A stretch of DNA of 64,000 nt from Octopus vulgaris (taxonomy: Eukaryota). The number at the start of each line of letters is the position of its first letter. The first letter of the stretch is position 1. Shown here in pieces: positions 43,964 through 57,785 of the stretch. The stretch covers positions 42,842,001 to 42,906,000 of the forward strand of contig OX597822.1 of the NCBI GenBank assembly GCA_951406725.2, read 5' to 3'. Made by a program: the position numbers and the translations under genes. Below the pieces are notes generated by a model that saw only the letters and a list, made by a program, of their open reading frames with translations, did no database searches and had not been told where the DNA came from.

Positions 43964-44399
43964 TAATAATAATAATATTTCCCAGGGCCAGCTTTGTCAC
44001 ATTCTTCCTGAGAATTTATGTTAAGAGTACTCGTGTTTATGGAATGCTCAGCCACTTGCAAGTTAATTTCACGAGCAGGCTTTTTCGTTGATCGGACCAG
44101 ATGAAACACTCATCGTGGTAACCGACGGAATACTAGTTAACATCAATTTATCATCTGTTTGACATATGTTTATGGCATCTGTTTAGCGTATCTCATAACT
44201 TTCTATTATCATCCTTTTAGAAATATACTAAAACAATGTCAATAGCGTTGTACTAACATCTTTTTTAAACCACACAGTCCAGATGTCCTTTTTGATATAT
44301 CTCTTTTGTGACGTTCCGTATGGCATCTGCTTAGCAGAGCTCCGACATCTGTTTGACATTTGTCTGATATCTGTTTGACGTCTTTCTCTTATATTTCAG

Positions 44400-44530
44400 T
44401 TAATGGAAGCGGAAAGAGAGAAACGCAAACGCGAAGAAGAGCATCACCGCACGGCGTCCATTTGTTCTGAACTGGAGGTTTCCATTAAGAAATACGAACG
44501 TCTCTATACTAAAGCTATCGCTAAATCCAG
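44400..44530 (+). CDS. SH3BP5: SH3BP5-like exon 4 (LMEAEREKRKREEEHHRTA...KAIAKS)
   Basis: cag acceptor and gtaac donor in phase 2. Matches VMEAE...H...KRAINKS. Confidence 0.9.
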
Positions 44531-44560
44531 GTAACATTGTTTTCCTCTTTGTCGTCGTCG

Positions 44561-44591
<31 letters not shown>

Positions 44592-44745
44592 ATCATTAGC
44601 ATTGTCATCGTCATCATCCTCTACGTCATCGCCAGCATCGTCATCGTCGCCATCATTATCACTTTTATCATCATCATCATCATCATCATCATCATTATTA
44701 TTATTATTATTATTATAATTATTATTATTATTATTATTATTATTA

Positions 44746-44812
<67 letters not shown>

Positions 44813-44825
44813 CTGACATTTTCAG

Positions 44826-44868
44826 ACCTTATTTCGAAAAGAAGAATGAAATGAAGGAAGCTCTCCAG
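44826..44868 (+). CDS. SH3BP5: SH3BP5-like exon 5 (RPYFEKKNEMKEALQ)
   Basis: ttttcag acceptor and gt donor. Completes the KSRPYFE motif, and phases are consistent. Confidence 0.88.
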
Positions 44869-45053
44869 GTGTGTACAGAAATCAAATATTTCTCATTTCC
44901 AAATTTATTCTCTCGTAACTTAGTGTTTCGCCTAAAGAAACTAATAGAATAAGTACTACGCTTAAAAAAAAAAGAGTCCTGGGGTCGATTTGTTCGACTC
45001 AAACCCTTCAAGGTGATGCTCCAGCATGGCCCCAGTGAAATGACTGAAACAAG

Positions 45054-45105
<52 letters not shown>

Positions 45106-45545
45106 ATACATATATATATATATACTAACACACACATGCATACATACATGTATATAGATATATATATATATGTACGTACACAGACACACACACGTATTTA
45201 TGCATATATATATACATATAAAGATATACAAGTAAAAGATAAAAGATACACACGCATATATACATTCAAATGTATACCATATACGTGTAACATGAAGATA
45301 GTCTTAAACCATCTTCTTCATCATCATCATCACCAACTCCTGGGTGCTTTTATCTCGGGTCCTAGAACTCACAGTGCCGATTATCCGGTTTACATGGTGT
45401 ACAAGTAACCAAGATCATAACGTTCTCTCTTGAGCGGGACGCCTGTTCGTCGCAGGCTTTGTCCGTTTCACGACTGAGTGGACCGGAGCAATGTGAAATG
45501 ATGTATTTTGCTCAAGAACACAATGCACGCCCAGTCCGGGAAGCG

Positions 45546-46070
45546 AATTTTTTTTCCTACGTGAGTTCCGGACTCCAGTAATGAACTCATTTGCATACAG
45601 CCAATCAGAGCTTACCTTGACCTTGCTGTCAAGTTAACAAACACACTCTACCAAGTAAACTCAAAACGAAGAAAGGTGTTGTAAGTCGACCGATCGCCAA
45701 GTTATGCCTGATTTTAGAAGGAGACAAGTAATTAGATAGATTTGCATCTATACCTATCATCGGAATTTGTTAGGGCCCCATATGGTAAAGATGTGGATGG
45801 GAAAAATGTGCTAGCAACCCTTTCCCCTTACTGTTTTACAAAGTAAACAACAACACAAATAATTACGCAGTGGCAGCCATGGTTGAAACAAGAACAAGGA
45901 CAACAAGCATTATTAAAAGAGAAAAGAAACAGTCATTCCTTACCCAAGTGACCTTATCTTATCACCCATCACTTGCTATGCGCTCATAAATTAGTGTGAT
46001 AGTCGAGCTCTAATTGGCTGTATGTAAATGAGTTCATAACTGGGGCCCTGAAATCTCGTGGGGAAAAATT
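45546..46070. mobile_element. MITE-like element with about 65-bp imperfect terminal inverted repeats
   Basis: atgaactcatttgcatacagccaatcagagct (45581-45612) is mirrored by agctctaattggctgtatgtaaatgagttcat (46006-46037). Confidence 0.65.
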
Positions 46071-46467
46071 TCGTGAGTGGGACGCCTGTTCGTCGCAGGC
46101 TTTGTTCGGTTCACAGCTGAGTGGGCCGGAGTAGTGTGAAATAATGTGTTTTGTTCAAGAACACAACGCACTGTCCAGTCCGGGAATGGAAACGACGACT
46201 TTGCGATCGTAATTGCAATATCCTAACCACTAGGCTGCGTGCCTTCAATGAACTCCAGTCTGATCATAAGTCTTTTCCTTAATGGTCTTACTTATCCATG
46301 TATTCATGCAACACGCGTGGAACAAACAAACAATAAAAGAAATAATAAAAAGGTTTAGTGAAGATAACAATCGTCCTTCTTCTCCCTTCCAAACATTTCA
46401 TCAGAAAAGTCATCTTCACGATATTTGAGCTTCAATTAAGATTTCCTCTCGTTTTGTCTCATTACAG

Positions 46468-46681
46468 CTACAAAAGAAAAAGGTGGATTGTCTCCAGGCG
46501 AACCTCCAGGAAATGAAGGCAGTCTATTCAGAGGCCCTGAGAAACTTAGAAAGGATTTCGGAGGAGGTTCATAAACGTCGTAAATTAAAGGAATTCCTTT
46601 ACTTACCACGCGAACCCGGTGTCGGATCGGAACATAATGAACGTCACAACTCAATTGAATTCGAAACTGAGGCAAAGCTAA
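46468..46681 (+). CDS. SH3BP5: SH3BP5-like exon 6 (LQKKKVDCLQ...YSEALRNLERISEEVHKRR...PREPGVGSE)
   Basis: cag acceptor and gtgagt donor in phase 1. Contains the YxxALxNLExISxEIHxRR and REPGVGxE family motifs. Overlaps ORF 46483-46689. Confidence 0.92.
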
Positions 46682-47390
46682 GTGAGTAGTCTTGTTGGCA
46701 TTCTTGTAGTATGATGTTTGATGGAGTTTGTTGCTGTTTGATGGTGTTTGTTCTTGTTTGATGGTATTTCGATTTCCGGCTTTACGTTCTGAGCTTAAAT
46801 TCCGCCGAAGTCTACTTTGCCTTTCATCCTTTCGGGTTCGATGAAATAAGTAGCAGTTTCATACGGGGTTTACCTAATTGACTCACTCATTCCCTGAAAT
46901 TGCTGGCCGTGTGCCAAAATTTGAAACTATTATTATAATTATTATTATTATTGGCGAGCTGGCAGAAACGTTGGCAAACCAGGCAAATCGCTTAGTGGCA
47001 TTTTGTCCGTTTTTACGATCTGAGTTCAAATGCCGCCGATGTCGACTTTGCGTTTCATCATCTCGAGGTCGATAAAATAATACCAGTTGAGTACTGGAGT
47101 CGATGTAATTGATTTACCCCTTCTTCGAAATGGCTGGCCTTGTGCCAAAACTTGAAATAATCTTCTTCTTCTTCTTCTTCTTCTTCTTCTTCTTCTTCTT
47201 CTTCTTCTTCTTCTTCTTCTTCTTCTTCTATCCACCATTTTGTTTTGTATAAAGGCGGCGATCTGGCAGAATCGTTTGCGCGTCGGACGAAATGCTTAGC
47301 GGTATTTCGCCTGTCGCTACGTTCTGAGTTCAAATTCCGCCGAGGTCGGCTGTGCCTTTTATCCTTTCGGGGTCGATAAAATAGGTACCA

Positions 47391-47474
<84 letters not shown>

Positions 47475-47507
47475 ATTATTATAATCGATTTATTTTTGTC
47501 TTTTCAG

Positions 47508-47860
47508 GGTCCTGCTCATTATCAACAACGACTAACGATGACAAGGACACTGACACTAATAATAACGAGGAAAAGATTGACAACAACAGGAGCAGCAACA
47601 ATGAAAACTACAACAACAACAATAACAGCACCAGCAGGAACTGGATTGGCGTCGACAGTCTGAGTGTAGAAAGTGTTGTTGCTGATTATGACGATGGATC
47701 GTCTTCTTCTGAGATGAGTTTCGGTGAAGATACGAGTACTGATCAGGCGTTGTCAACCTCAACAGATGAAGAATCTTCTGACGAGATGACAGTCTCCCCG
47801 ACACTGCTGAAGAAAGCGGCACCTACATCGGCAACGATAGATGTTACACCGTCAGCATGA
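47508..47860 (+). CDS. SH3BP5: SH3BP5-like terminal coding exon (low-complexity N/S/D/T-rich tail, stop TGA)
   Basis: ttttcag acceptor with a phase that matches exon 6. Open for 117 codons to TGA at 47858-47860. No recognisable conserved motif. Confidence 0.75.
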
Positions 47861-49553
47861 TCAGCGGAGACGTCGGTTTCCAGAAAAAATAAGATTGAAA
47901 ACAGAGATGGTCAAAGAGAATGCTTTGGGATTGAACGCAGTGCATGGAATTAATGAATCAAAAATGTGTGCTTTGTACTAACTTTCCGGAACCAAACCGT
48001 TTATGCCTACATCATTCCAAGACGGCTTTGGTTACCAACGGCGCAGTCCTAAACAGATAACCGTCCTTTTTTTGTCTCCTCGGTCAACAGGGAGGACAAG
48101 ACACATCGTTTATAAACCGCCTCAATTTGTAAACTTACGGGAGAATTAGAAAATGATACACATTCTCTGGGAGCCAGAAGTACAAGAAAAAAAGGTTCGT
48201 CGAACGAGGCTCTCAATTTGTGCGACTTCATGGCAGGCACAGATAGAGCGTGAGATCGCAAGGCCTACTGCTCACTGTAAACAACGGGCTTGAAATAGAC
48301 GTTTTCAATATCAGATACCAGTTGATGTTAGCTATCAGGTGATAACATATGATGTCATGTATAAGATGATATCAGAAATGGATATAGCATAAAATCAAAT
48401 ATCCTTTGTTATAACAGTTGTCAGATGGCATAAGATATAACGTATCAGATGGCATGTGATATGTGATATTAGATATCAGATCATATAAAAAAATAGATAT
48501 CACTTAATACCAAATAAACCTTGATAACAAATGTCTGAGGGCATAAGATACAACGTATCAGATATCACGTGATATAAAATATTAAAGTATATCAAATACT
48601 ACAAAATAAATGATACTAGATTTCAAGATATCAGACGTTTTGCGATATAAATTGTCAGGATATCAAATACCAGATGTTAGAAGACATAAGACAATACAGT
48701 GTATTAGATATAAGATAATATTTCATCTCAAGTGATACGAAATGACATTGGTTATCCAAGAATACATGGTATTTTATGGTATCATATATTAGATTTGAAA
48801 TGACATCAAACAAAATATTCTGTGATACCAGATGTCCTATGCCATATAATATTAGGTGGTCTCTGAAAACAGTGTAATATGAGTTACTACAAATACAACG
48901 TATATTACTGATCTCAATAGACATTTGAATCAAAGCAATAGATTTATTATTATTTTTTTTTGTTCCAAAGATCATAGTGAAAACGAGTCTACGGAGTTTT
49001 CTATGCTAACACAGTTACCAAATATATTTATTGATTGTATGAATGACTGAGTGGTAGATTAAAACATATAAAAAAGAAGTTAAATGTGGGTGTGTGTATG
49101 TCAGTATGGATGTGGAGTTGTTATAAATATCGATCTGGTATCGAATAAAATATAACTCGCGAAAGTACTCAATGCAAAATAAGGGTAGAATCAAAATTTG
49201 TCTCGTAATATGTTGTAATATATGGCAATAATACAATTGTTTTAATACATCCATCCATCTCTCCAAACATACATACATACATACATACATACATACATAC
49301 ATACATACATACATACATACACACATACACACACACATGTATATGTATGTATGTGTGTATATATATGTATATATGTCAATATATATATATATATATTTGT
49401 ATGTATATGTCTATACACATGTCTGTATGTTTATGTATATATATATACATACACACACACATATATGTATGTATGTCTGTATATATATATATGTGTGTGT
49501 GTGAGTATGCATATATATTTGTATGTATGTATGTATGTATGTATGTATATATG

Positions 49554-49601
<48 letters not shown>

Positions 49602-49818
49602 TATATACATCTACATTTATATATTTATGTTTACGTTTATATATATATATATGTATATATGTATAAATGTGTGTGTGTCTGTGTGTGTGTATGTATGTGT
49701 GTATGTATATGTGTGCGTGTATATATATGCATATAAATACTTACGCATATGTACGTATATATACATGTACATACATATATACATATATACATACATGAAT
49801 ATATATATATATATATAC

Positions 49819-49884
<66 letters not shown>

Positions 49885-51029
49885 ATATAGACAGAGAGAG
49901 AGAGAGAGAGGGGGAGAGAGAAAGAGAGAGAGAGAGGTTGAGAAAGTAAGAGAGAGAATGGAGAAAAATATTTTTTACCCCCGCCTCCAGTTTTCTCAAC
50001 TTCCCTCGTTACGATGAAAATAAGTGAAAATATAAAATATATTTTGATAAAAATAAAATGTTTATAAAGAAACTTTAAACATGTGTTGGTCTTGGGATTT
50101 ATTTGTATTTGTTTCCTTTCTTCCACCCGAGCTGAGTTACCTGAATTCAATAAGCTCCCACTATACATATTACATCATTACCAGCTACCCGTTTTTCACT
50201 CGTGTCCCTCAACCACATTGCATCAATAGCAGCTACCTATTTCTTTACTACCCACAAGGGGCTAAACACAGAGAGGACAAACAAGTACAGACAAACGGAT
50301 TAAGTCGATTATATCGACCCCACTGCGTAACTGGTACTTAATTTATCGACCCCGAAAGGATGAAAGGCAAAGTCGACCTCGGCGGAATTTGAACTCAGAA
50401 CGTAACGGCAGACGAAATACGGCTACGCATTTCGCCCGGCGTGCTAACGATTCAGCCAGCTCGCCGCGGCAGCTACCCGTATCACGTCAATCGTCTTCAT
50501 CAATATTACATCAGGGTCGACAACTCATATTAGACTAACCTTCATCACCCACGTTTTAGCTGCCGAATAATGCCACCTGCTGTCAACTTAGTACTAGTCA
50601 TCTTGCTTTGCTTGTCACTGGAATCTACTGTTTTGATCCAGAGAGTGGCAAAAGTGTTGTACAAGCGTTTGTCACTGAAATCCAATGATGTACAGATGCT
50701 CTCGACAAAATACCATCATCGTAAAATCATCACCTTTCAAAAGTCCTATGGCGACGTATGCAGATTTGACTGGTTGGAAGCATAGTTACAAATCTTTACA
50801 TAAGGTGGCAGGGTTCTTATCTTAACATCCACTGTTTTCGGTGGAGAATCCCTTGTCTGAGCAGGCCTTTTAAGGAGAACACTGCTCACCGGGATATACT
50901 GGGAAGATGCTAGAAAAAGTGCACTAAAAGTTGTCTATCCTCTCTCTGCTGATTAGTTAACTGCAGCTAACGGCGGTTCAATTTAGCAGGAATAAACAAA
51001 GAATTGATATAAACAATAACAAGAATGTA

Positions 51030-51697
51030 AGGAATAAGGTTTCTCTTAACCTGGCCTGTTGGAATGTGAGAAACCTTTTAAATCGAGCAGATAGGCCTGA
51101 AAGAAGAACAGCTCTAGTCACGAAGAAGCTAAGGCGTCTTAATGTTGATATTACAGCTCTTTCTGAAACAAGATGTTCAGATGAAGATCATCTTGTCGAA
51201 AGTGCAGCAAGTTTCATATAATTTTGGTTTGGGAAGCCGAAGGAGAAAATTGGGAAGGTGGTGTTAGGTTTGCAATTAGAAATGATTTGCTAAAAGACCT
51301 AGAACAACTACAAAGCATAAATACACGCATAATGACACTCCGGACCCCCCTTTCTTGTGGACGTTTTGCAACTGTTTTCCCTATTTATGCTCTTATACTT
51401 TCAGCTAGTGAGGAAAATATTCATGCATTTTATGAGGAGCTTAGAAGAAGTATTCTGCTAGTCCCTTTGAATGAGAAGTTGGTGGTGCTTGGTGACTTTA
51501 ATGCATGTGTTGGTAGAAACTATGGTGCTTGGAATGTGCTTGAGCGTTATGGAATTGGAAAAGTGAACAACAATGGGCTGCATCTGCTACAAATGTGCTC
51601 TGAGCTAGGGTTGATTGTTGGGAATAGTTTCTTTCATCATAAGATGAAGTATAAAGTTACGTGGATTCACTCAAGATCAAAGCAAGGTCACATGATA
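51030..51697 (+). mobile_element. RTE-type LINE 5' fragment (APE endonuclease)
   Basis: CWNVRNL...RPERRTALV...DITALSETR, GVRFAI, VLGDFNA and NGLHLL...TWIH motifs. Frameshifted, and truncated at the mariner fragment. Confidence 0.85.
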
Positions 51698-52330
51698 ATC
51701 AGCAGCTGCCTCGTCGCATTCACTCTGATTTCCTTGACGTCCTGAAATCTTCTTTTCCAAAAATTTGATTTTTGTAAAGAGAAAAAAGTCGCAAGAGTCG
51801 AGAACTGGGGAATACAGTGGATGTCGGACCTGGGGAATGCTGTGCCTAGCCAAAAACTGCTGCACAAGCTGCGCCGAATGGTTAGGTGTGTTGTCAGCTG
51901 AAAGCAGTTTTGGCACAAACTTGGCAGACAAGGGTCTCATACTCAATTCTTCAGTGATAATGAACTGAACTGAACCGTAACTAATCTGCATATCCTCTGA
52001 TAACTCACGAATGGTGATTCGACGATTTCCCATCACATCTGCACGCGAATCTGCGATGTTTTTCTCAGTTCTGCAGGTTGCAGGTCTCCCAGAACATTCG
52101 TCACTATCGACATTTTTTCGACTCATACACTCCTCTCTATACACTTTCTGCAACTTTGTGTAGGCATCTGAGCAGGGATCGCCAAGGTTTTGGCAAAATT
52201 TGATGCAGATTCATGGTCAGAGCAACGATCACGCGCTACACACGGATACTTATAGGAGTGTTTCCAAGCACTCCTATAAACAACGGAAGTGAGCTAAAAC
52301 GTTAAAACTTAGCGTGCACGCACAGCAGAG
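51690..52330 (-). mobile_element. Internally deleted mariner transposase remnant
   Basis: ORF 51677-52153 has SGRP, RRITIREL, AKFVPKLL, DNTPNH and YSPVLDSCDFFLF (a YSPDLAPxD-like motif). Confidence 0.85.
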
Positions 52331-52394
52331 CTCAAGGTCAATCTGTGCCAAGCGGTTTCACCCTGCGAATATATATATATATATATATATATAT

Positions 52395-53487
52395 GTTAAT
52401 AAAATATATGCATATATATAAACATATATGTACGTACCTACCTCTACATGTACATATACACGCATATATGTGTACAGGACACCAAAAGGACGTCGAACAC
52501 ATAGAGAGACGAAAAACATAGACACAAACCAAGGAACAAGACAAGCAAAAAAAGGAGATACAGGACAATAAGCACAACGAAAAATCCCCTTCTTCAGTCG
52601 CTAAAGTTTCATCTACTAAACGTTTCGAAGGATAAAAGCGAGACGTATACTTCGAATGAAAAATTCCTTCCTGCGAAAAGCAAATCAATTAAAATTCTGA
52701 GATCTTGTCGCAGAGGGGTAAAAAAAAGCAAGACGGTAACGACAGTACAAACATATAAACAGTAAAAAATATATATATAAACAGTGGAAAAATAAATATA
52801 TAACAGTGAGAGACAGGACAAGGAGAACAAGATAAGAAGGGCTGTTAACGCCAGACGAAAAAAGTATTGCAAACGCTGGATTATAGTGGACGACGAGAGA
52901 GGAAGATGTCGACCAGTGGCCTTAGAAGGCAGGCGAGAAAGGACGGGATAGCAGTTACGACGGAAGTACGTCGCAGATGGACGACGGGAATGGGGGAGGA
53001 GGAGCAAGAGGAAGAGAGAGAAGAAGGGGAATGGTGCGAGGAGACCATGAAGAACAGTGAGGGGGAGAGAGAGAGGAAGAGACAAGTTAAGTGAGGGAAA
53101 AAAGACGAAAAAGGGAATGGGAGAGAAAGAAAGAAAGATGCAGAGTCGCGTGAGAGTTAATATCAAGGCGAACTTGATAAACAGAACAATCTTACTTAAT
53201 AGGGTGCGTGCGTTTAGTCGTATAATATGTTAATAAAATATATGCATATATATAAACATATATGTACGTACCTACCTCTACATGTACATATACACGCATA
53301 TATGTGTACAGGACACCAAAAGGACGTCGAACACATAGAGAGACGAAAAACATAGACACAAACCAAGGAACAAGACAAGCAAAAAAAGGAGATACAGGAC
53401 AATAAGCACAACGAAAAATCCCCTTCTTCAGTCGCTAAAGTTTCATCTACTAAACGTTTCGAAGGATAAAAGCGAGACGTATACTTA
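52395..53487. mobile_element. ORF-less element with about 260-bp direct terminal repeats; a reverse-orientation copy lies at about 13262-13870
   Basis: 52395-52655 and 53228-53487 look identical. Both loci abut (TA)n, and 13262-13870 is the reverse complement of about 52395-52935. Confidence 0.75.
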
Positions 53488-53492
53488 AAATG

Positions 53493-53541
<49 letters not shown>

Positions 53542-54185
53542 CACACACACATAAATATATATGTGTTTGTGTGTATATCTTTGTGTCAGTATTTGGGCAC
53601 AACGACTGCTTAGCAATCGGTGTTGCCGTGTTTACGTCCCCGTAACTTAGCAGTTCGGTAAAAGAGACCGATAAAAGAAGTACCAAACTTAAAAAGAAAA
53701 GAATACTGGGCGTGGGGGGTTTGATTCGTTCGACAAAAATTCTTCAAGGTGATGCCCCAACATGGCCACAATCAATGACAGAAGCAAGTAAAAGATAATA
53801 GATATTACCAGGGACCGCCGACTTGGCAATCCACCCCGCTGTCTGCGGACTGTCCCTCTTCCCTGTTTCTAATTATTTCATTGTTTCATTGATAGCTATA
53901 TGAAACTTTCTTTCTATCTTCTCCTCTCCCTCCTTTTCCAACTCCCTCTCTATCTCCTTCGTCTTCTTCTTCTGCCCCTCACAACTCGACTATTCACAAC
54001 TTGATTAATCACATCTTTAAAACATCATCAACAACAACAATAACAACAACGACGACAACAGCGTTTCATTGTTCTCTGGGTGAGGTCCGTTCGAAAGGAA
54101 CTTAAGAGTCAAGCTGATTCACTCGCCCTTTTGTTCGGCAACTTTACGCTCTTGACCCTGGCAACTTGAAACAATCTTACTACAC

Positions 54186-54259
<74 letters not shown>

Positions 54260-54404
54260 TACATACACACATATATATACACACAAACACATATATGTTT
54301 ATATGCATGTATATATGTGTATACACACACACGCACTCACACACATATATACATATATATATATATATGTATATATATACATACATACAAATATCTACAT
54401 GTAT

Positions 54405-54505
<101 letters not shown>

Positions 54506-57500
54506 TCTATCAATGTCGCTCCCACCACCTCAGTAACTTCCCCTGCTCCCATATTCCGTACCAACACCTCCTTACCGAAAACATGCTACCTGACACCCAA
54601 CCTCCTTTGCAGAGGGCCAAAGTCAAGAACCAGCATCTTTCACTGGAAGTTGGGGTGCTAATTAGATGTCAGTTCAAGTTGACATTGTTGCTGGCCTCGT
54701 AATGACGACGGTGTCGAGTGGGGTAAGTAGCATTTAGGATCTGGAGTTGTTGTGGGAGGTGGTGTATTGGTAATTGTGGTATTGTTATGGGCGCTAGTGT
54801 TGGTGGATGTGCTTCTGTAGTGTTAATGGTGTTGCTGTAGCTGTTCACATTGGTACTAGTGCAGTTGTTGCAGTTGGTAGTCTTTGTGTTTCTGGTGTTG
54901 TAGCAGTTGTAGTGGTTTTATTGCGGGTGGTATTCTTGATGGTTGTGGTTTTTGTACTGATACACTACCATCTAAGACAACACCAAATCTATCAAGATAG
55001 ACTATGCAATGTCAGTAGACGACTTGTATGTTTCTTTTACCAAATGTAGGTGGAGAATGATGTAGTATTTATTTTGTGACAATGTTTGAAAAGGGTTATA
55101 TGTTGATATAATCTATTCTTAAATTGATTTTCTGGTAACCGAATTAATATGCAATCACTCATGTACTGGTAACCCAAAGTGCTTCGAAAATTACAGTTGT
55201 CTCCTTTTCCCACTGTTTTGTTTGTATTATGTGAAAGTATTCTATTGTTCTGCAACCAAATATTTTTTCTTATAACAACTGATTTTATGTAGTTCCTCTT
55301 GAGTAGTTTATAAAATGTGTATTCTTTGATGAGTTTGTTGCTTAACTTAGTGGTAAGTAAGAATCGATAAGAATCTGAAACAACTATTGGTATCAATATA
55401 ATCCATTAGACACACTTGAAGGCGGTCTTCATGTGTGGTCACAGTTCTATCACTGGAACTAGAGAAAAAAATAAAAGAATACATACATACATACATACAT
55501 ACATACTTCTCAAAACCAGAGAGGTGAAAGCTGATTCGAAGACTACAGATCCAAGCCATCACTGGAACTGTAAAGATCTGTAAAACTTTCCAGAAGTTTA
55601 TCATTCAAATATACATGAGCATGTCTAGACTGGCAACTATATGCATGAGATCACATACATAAAACAAAGCATACAAATCTGCATATGTACTGACTCCAAA
55701 TACTGCACATATACATACATACATACATACATACATACATACATACATACATACATACATACATACATACGTACATACATACATACAAACATACATACAT
55801 ACAAACATACATACATACATACACACATGCATACATATATACTAAACGTAAAAGTACCTTATTGATGTTGTTGAAATTCCAATGAAGGTGCTTTGGATTT
55901 AGGTTAGGAACCGACTCTTTCTCTATTGGCAAGAGACCTTGAAATCAAACTAAATAATGACATACATACATACATATATACATTCGTACGTACGTTTGTA
56001 CATACATACATACATACATACATACATACATACAATACACACACATTTGTATGTATGTGTGTGTGTTTGTGTGTAAACCAAAATAAGCTAAGAGAAATAA
56101 CTCAGAGTGGCAAATAACATGTATATGAAGAACATAGACAAATGCAGGTATATCAAATATCACACAACACAAATTCTTGATTTATTAAAATTATATCCGC
56201 TTCTAGAGGATGTATCATAATTACCAAAGAAATTAAGACCAGTTCGATATAAGAAGGTGAGATAATTTCAAGAATCAAGAATTCTCTAAAGTTGACCTAG
56301 TATTAAGGAAAAAGAATAAGTATATTGTCCATTACTCCACGCTAATTTTTGTTTAGGTTTAGGGTATTAACGTCATTAAGGCAATGCCGAAGGAATATTT
56401 TACACGTTGTATAATTTATGGAGCGCTCATGGCAGTGTTAGAGAGACAAGTGTCTGAGTTTCTGAAGACGATACCTGTAAGCTGAGCCTGTCATAAAATG
56501 TATCTTTTTCATAATTCCTACAGATAATGCTTCAATTCTATAATATTTTGTTTGGCATAGTGAGACCCCAACTGGCAAGAATATTCAATAATGAGGCCTT
56601 GAAAAGGTAGAGAATGGAAGAAAAGTAACACTTGGATCTCTGCACTAGAAAATCCTAAGAGCCAATGAAGTCGACATAATCCTATTTCATAGGTCATGTC
56701 CACTTTATTGTTAACACGTTCTCTTCATTTTAGTTACACCCAAGTATTTGATATTATTTGAAGCCATGATAAGTTTTTCTACAGAACGTTTCTTCCGGGA
56801 AAATGCAAAGCGTCGAATAATATGGCTGTTTAAGTACATCCACTTTGCTAAAGTACTGTTTTTTCCGGTGTACAAATCGAATTTTCCAGGTTAAAGTTTA
56901 CACCCAAAATAAGGTCGGTCAACTTATACACCAAGATGACTTTGGAGAAACAAAATTTCCCTGTGAAATGCAACAAGATTTGGAAAGACCGTAACAATGT
57001 TTGAGTGTTTACACTGCGTGTTTACACTGTATATTTACACTGTATACAACGTCGATTTGTATGCTGGAAAAGACGGTAGATGAATTCAAATTTTCCTTCT
57101 CTATTGACATATTTCCTCCCCATTTATTGAGTCACAACGCGTTCTTCAACAAATTGAAATTCCGTCCGATCACCTAACGGTGTAGGTTGGAGACTTTCTG
57201 AACCTTCGCCTCATTTATAGTTTTATATTTATTTTAACTGTATTGGATGACATTTGTGATGTTATTAGCATATAGTTAAGGAGAAGCGGGACCAATACAC
57301 TGCCTCAAGGAACACTACTAATGATTTTTACTGGGTTTAAGTGGACTCTGCCGATCACATGTTGGATATAGTTTAACAGGAAGCACTTAATCCATTGCAG
57401 CACATATTCACACTCACGTACACACACACACACATATATATATATAATGCGTATATGCGCATATATATGAATAAATGATAGCCAATTTTGTTTATATTAC

Positions 57501-57648
57501 ATACGTTTTTATTACTGCCTTTAAGCATTTCAATTGCGTAGAAAGAGAAGAAGAAGGAGTGAGAGACAGAGGTGGATACATTGATAGATAGATAAATACA
57601 GAGAAAGAGAGAGAGAGGGAGATAGACAGATCGGGAGAGATTGATAGG

Positions 57649-57695
<47 letters not shown>

Positions 57696-57719
57696 ATAGA
57701 TAGATAGAGAGAGAGATAG

Positions 57720-57785
<66 letters not shown>

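Noticed and set aside
54960-56760. Possible decayed LINE reverse transcriptase on the minus strand
   Set aside because: Only faint motif traces (an ISHLL-like stretch) across many stops, too degraded to call.
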